From NCBI RefSeq assembly GCF_002105155.1, contig NW_019028997.1, positions 124,001 through 188,000 on the forward strand: 64,000 bases of DNA, read 5' to 3'. The DNA is from Lobosporangium transversale (lineage: Eukaryota). Positions 56,520 to 64,000 of the stretch are shown here, piece after piece; within the stretch, counting starts at the first letter, position 1; each line of letters begins with the position of its first letter. The notes under the pieces are model-generated. The model was not told the DNA's origin, did not search any database, and worked only from the letters and a program-made list of their open reading frames with translations. Position numbers and translations under genes: made by a program.

Positions 56520-57084
56520 GGTGTGTTTTTATATGTCTATAATATCAATAGGATAAATAAAAGAAAGAGTCAAAAGAACTGGAAACAAAGAAATATGGAG
56601 AAAACCAAAACTAGCACTGCAAAAACAAAGCACAAACAGCAACAAAAGCAAAAAACCATTATTACTACAAAAAATAATACATAGCAGATAACAAACATAC
56701 AGTTGTATAAGTGGAAAAGTAAGGAGTTGAGGGAAAGGGGAGATATGATGGACAGATGGGAAGAATGAAAAAAGAATAGGACAAGAAGAAGAAGAAGAAG
56801 AAGAAGAAGAAGAAAAGACAATATCAGAAAATAAAAAACAAAAGAAGTAAGAGGATAAAAGAAACAAAAAAGACCCAATTTGAAAATGGTCATGTCAAGA
56901 TCCTTGTAGCACCAACCGCAGCTTCCATTTTTTAAATTCGTGGCTTTTGCTTTTGTCTGAACTGTGTCCAAGATTGCCACAGAGTGAGTCAAGAGTGAGA
57001 GACAATGAGCTAAATGCAGTCATGTGATATCACCAATTTAATTCACCGTTATTCACTTTCTCAGCATCTGTCACCTCTATTACC

Positions 57085-58085
57085 ATGTCCTCCACTGCTG
57101 CATCGGCCAGCTGGAGGTCAACCTTCTCTAATGTGCCGCCACTAACAAAAAGCGTCTCTACAGCCATGACGGTTCTGACAGCCTTAGGGTTCACCATGCG
57201 CTTTAGAGACATGCTATTCGCTCGCTACACGTCTATCGACTCTAGTACAGGCACCTCAGACACTTTAGACCAACCTACCTCATATGCAGATTCATCGTTC
57301 GTCCCATTGATAGCCATGGTGCCTGCCTTGTATGCGTTTGTCTGCTTGTCTATCATTGTTTTCATGATTGTTATATCAAGCTTTTGAATAAAGCATCAAA
57401 CATGTGTCATGACAAATTTTTTATTTGTCATTATCATGATAGGGCACCGTATCGATTTTGGACATTTGCTACAGCATCATTTTTTGAAAAGAGCATAATT
57501 CAGGTAATGTTATTAGCCGACCATAGTAGAGCGCATATGTTTATCAGGATAAGAATAGTACAGACGACATCTCCAAGATACTATAGTTGAAGTTCATAAA
57601 AGCGCTTGGAACGCGTTGTTTTACTGAGAGTGTGGCAACAGTCAAAATGATCAAGGGTAGCAGATTTTGAAAGAATATCTAAGTCCAGAATCATAATGGA
57701 ATGTCCAGGATCGAAACCTTTCGTGATACGATGTTGCGCGTTTTCTTTTCTTTTTTTTTTTTTTTTTTTTTTTGGAGAGAAAAGGAGGGATAAATGACCA
57801 GGTTTAAAATATACTTACGCACAAACCTTTTTGTTTTTCATTGCATGCTTCAGTTTGCAATCAATACTGCAGTCCTGTTAGGGAGTGGTAAGTATCTAGA
57901 AAGAGCATGGGGCTCGCGTGAGTTCTTCAAGTTCTTAGCTGTCACTAGTATAGGCAGTATGCTTGCCCTCTACTTCACCTGTCTATTCGTGTATATTATC
58001 CGCGGTAACGAGGATCTTCTGTAAGCATGAGATCAATGATCATTTATCTGTCAGCGATTAGTTGTATCGCTTGCATACTAAGGTA

Positions 58086-58116
<31 letters not shown>

Positions 58117-59231
58117 TTGAAAGATACGAAACCCAAGCCTATGGACTGACCGCTGTTATGGCAGGCTTCCTGGTTGGGTTCAAGCAGCTTGTTCCTGAGC
58201 ATCTGGTCACCGTTTGGGGCGTCTTTTCGGTTCGCGTCAAGGTAGATTTCTACAAGGTTGTTGTCTTCAAAGGCATAAGACAAAGGGATTTGACATAACT
58301 TATGATAACCTATTCTCGCTGTGCGTCATCATTATGATAGACATTGCCTATACTTTTTGCAGGGTTCATGGTGTTTGAAAGCCTTATTACTCACAGTCAG
58401 ATTCAACTCATACTGGCTATTTATGGCCTCTATATCTCCTGGGTGTACTCACGATTCTTCAAAACTCAGGATGGTATTCAAGGCGACCGAAGCGAGACAT
58501 TTTCTTTTGCTTCTTTTTTTCCTGAGGCTGCTCAGTATGTTTTAATAGGAATGAGCTATTCATAAGGGTTAATGGGACATGGACTCTTTTTTCTTCATTC
58601 GTGTGTTTCTTCAAAGGATTAATCGCCTTTGCAATCTTTACATTTTAGACCTCCAGTCAAAGTCCTATCAAGCCTTGTATTTGGGATCCTGGTACGGTTT
58701 CGTGTATGTTCACCATTAGGGTTTGGAGGCAGTTTAGAACAGAATCTTGAAAACTCGCAAATGTCGGGTATGATCCTTCCTATGACACAGCCTGCCAGTC
58801 TTCGCGTCGAAGCAGAACGTCGGAGGTACGAACTGAAAGAAAGGGAAACCAAGTTTATAGTGAAGCGGTTTTTACATCATCTAGATGATGGTCCTTCCTT
58901 TTTTCCTAACAAGCCTTTTGCTCCTCCGAATATCTATTTTAGAGCGTTGGCATTGAAAGCGCTGGATATGCGGCTTCATGCAGCAGCAAGTAATGGTGCT
59001 AACCTCCCCGGACTAAGTCAAAAGACATTTTTGGGTCCGACGCCTTCAGCAGGTACACCTATCGCTTTTCCACCAATACCCTCAGGGCCATCAACTACAT
59101 TCAAAGTGCATCCAACTCAAGATACTGTTTTGTTTGAGACCACAGCACTGGATGACGACACCCCGAACGCAGAACAATCTAAACAACCATGTACCAGCAG
59201 TTCGGGTTCTGGCACAAATGAAAAACCATGA
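57085..59231 (+). CDS. TMEM115: TMEM115 / DUF1751 rhomboid-like integral membrane protein, ~7 exons
   Basis: GKYLERAWGSREFFKFL, LVGFKQLVPEH, SWVYSRFFK, GDRSETFSFASFFP, AERRRALALKALD. Confidence 0.85.
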
Positions 59232-59419
59232 AAGAACTAAATAAACTGTCTCTGTTCTCCACATCTCCACAAAAAATTTAAGCCATAAAAAAAAAAAAAA
59301 ACTTGGTGGCACCGAATCTTTGTCATTTCTATTTTAATTAACACGTAAACAAAAAAGAAATCTTACAGGATTGAAGCTTACATTGAAAATCGGGGAATAA
59401 TCCCGAAGACATTCAACTC

Positions 59420-60806
59420 ATGCCTCCTATTCTCTCTTCTGCCCAACCTTGTGGGAGTTACAATGAATGTAATCCCGACTTCAGCTCCTTTCTGGTCCAA
59501 CAAGAACAGAAGAATATAGTCTCCAGTGGCATACTACAGTATTCAGATATACAGCAGCCAGATAAACATCCTTTCGAGTCAGACCTGGTTGACTTGAAAG
59601 CAGGATTGACAGCACAAAATTGCAGTACATTGATGGCAAAGATTTACTCAAAACTTGATCAGTTATCTGAGGTCGACAGATCGCGGCGACACCTTGTTAT
59701 TTTATACTCAGGTATCATAATGCATTCATTTACACTCAATGCAGTTCTCACTTAGCTGCTTCGTTGTTTTGATGGATTTTCAATGCTATATTATAGATCT
59801 ATTTTGCCCCATACTCAAATATCACGCAGAGCTGTTGTCTGAAATTGTGCGCGTACTACCGGAAATTGTTGACTCTGGCAATGCGAATGACGTTCCGGGA
59901 TCACCACGAGATACATCTGAACATACAGACATGAGCAATACTCATAAGATAAATCCGTTGCAGTCCAATGTTTTAGCTGTGGTCATGTCGCTCAAGTCTG
60001 ATCTGCATGTCAGAGCGATGCTTGCGGCACCATTTCACATGGATCTTTATGACAGGAAACATTTGGCAGATATTCAGGTTCAGAATGCGTCCACTAAGCT
60101 TCAAAGTTTGTATATTGTTGACGACTCATGGGCTCTCCTGCAGGCCAGATTTCCCCCGGCGAGTTACCATAGCTCAGAGGAACTCAAGGAGCAGTGTGTG
60201 CAATTATTTGCGGAGGAGTTCAGACGACTGGACAGTATCTTAGCTTCTATCTCTACAGCTTATCCTTCACACATTGGCCTTTTAGAGCCTATTTGCGTAT
60301 TGGATCAGTCTGAGTCCGAGATATATGGAGTACCGACGGACATTGCAGGGAAGGTGATATTTATTGTGACTAAAGACAGAGAGGAGCGGCCAAAAGCTGT
60401 GGCACTTAAAACGCGCATGCATTGGATTGACCGAATCTTTGAGCGCTCAGGGTATTCGCTAGAATGGGTTCATGAAAATGTGATCCCGCTCTATGTAGAG
60501 TTACCAGACAGTCCTCCCATGAACCCATGTCAGCGACCGGAAATGAAATACACCGGCTGTAGGATCCGGTTGTCATGTAGGCGGCCAGTGGAGGCTTATA
60601 CGCGAGTTAAAGTGCGGCAGGGCCAAGGAACAGATGTGCTGGAGCCAAGTGTGCTAGCCGAGGTTGAGCGGACACAAATATTCAAAATACAAACCATTCG
60701 ACGGCCTCTGTTTGAAGACCTAATGGGCAATATGACATTGGATAATAAGACATTTGCACTCAGTGGCAGCGAGTCTTGTCAAGACAATGCAAATCCGTTC
60801 TTATAA
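59420..60806 (+). CDS. Hypothetical protein, possibly a divergent NMNAT/cytidylyltransferase-like Rossmann-fold protein; exons 59420-59711, 59797-60806
   Basis: Spliced LVILYSDLFCPILKYH resembles the LVLLACGSFNPITxxH pattern of NMNAT. Later S..SD.HV, DR and IVDDSW motifs occur in NMNAT order. Confidence 0.5.
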
Positions 60807-61119
60807 GCAAGCTCAATTTAAGTGCCGCGCAATACTTCAAGACAGATAAAAACCTGTTGCTCATCGTCCAACTACATGTGCTCTTTTTTTGCTTTTTCCT
60901 TTTTCCTTCATATCATCCGCATCTCTCGTGGCCATTTCCGCCATTTCTCCTGTGTAGTCCCTTTCTTCCCTTCATTTGCACGTCTTGATTGGCTATTGAC
61001 TGTTAACACATATTGCCATTTGCCTATTTGCTCACCATTTAGTAGTTTATTGTACGCAAAAACAAAGACCAGAGAGGCACAAATAAACAACCTGGCTCCC
61101 TTTTTTTAAACCTCCAGTC

Positions 61120-64000
<2,881 letters not shown>

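Noticed and set aside
56520..56545. Yeast-style non-AUG mitochondrial N-terminal extension of ALA1
   Set aside because: In-frame TAA four codons upstream of the ATG. The nearby acceptor-like ATTATAG suggests only a 5' UTR intron.

Overview
Intron-rich eukaryotic (fungal) genomic DNA with short GT-AG introns and many long A/T homopolymers. Gene content (ER HSP90/GRP94, MED25, CSN7, CYP86/704-like P450s) suggests an early-diverging fungus, probably Mortierellales (inference). I can support about 21 protein-coding genes: PLP2-like phosducin, CLIP-170-like CAP-Gly protein, B-type cyclin, BCS1-like AAA ATPase, GRP94, two tandem P450s, CSN7, CipC-like protein, double-finger GATA factor, DUF1264 protein, LRR/F-box-like gene, ARPC1, retropepsin-like protein, tandem-SCP2 protein, alanyl-tRNA synthetase, TMEM115, NMNAT-like protein, MED25 and two unknowns. 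There is also an internally deleted pogo/Tigger-type transposon with near-perfect ~91-bp TIRs and a TA duplication, plus several foldback/MITE-like elements. I found no multi-gene novel system that I can support. The most unusual signals are: two apparent intron-sliding events and a shared 11-nt microexon in the P450 pair; two putative pseudoenzymes (retropepsin without its catalytic Asp, degenerate NMNAT-like protein); a two-finger GATA factor lacking the iron-sensing Cys linker; a fungal MED25; and poly(A) tracts at intron 3' ends. All exon models were read by eye and need RNA-seq confirmation.
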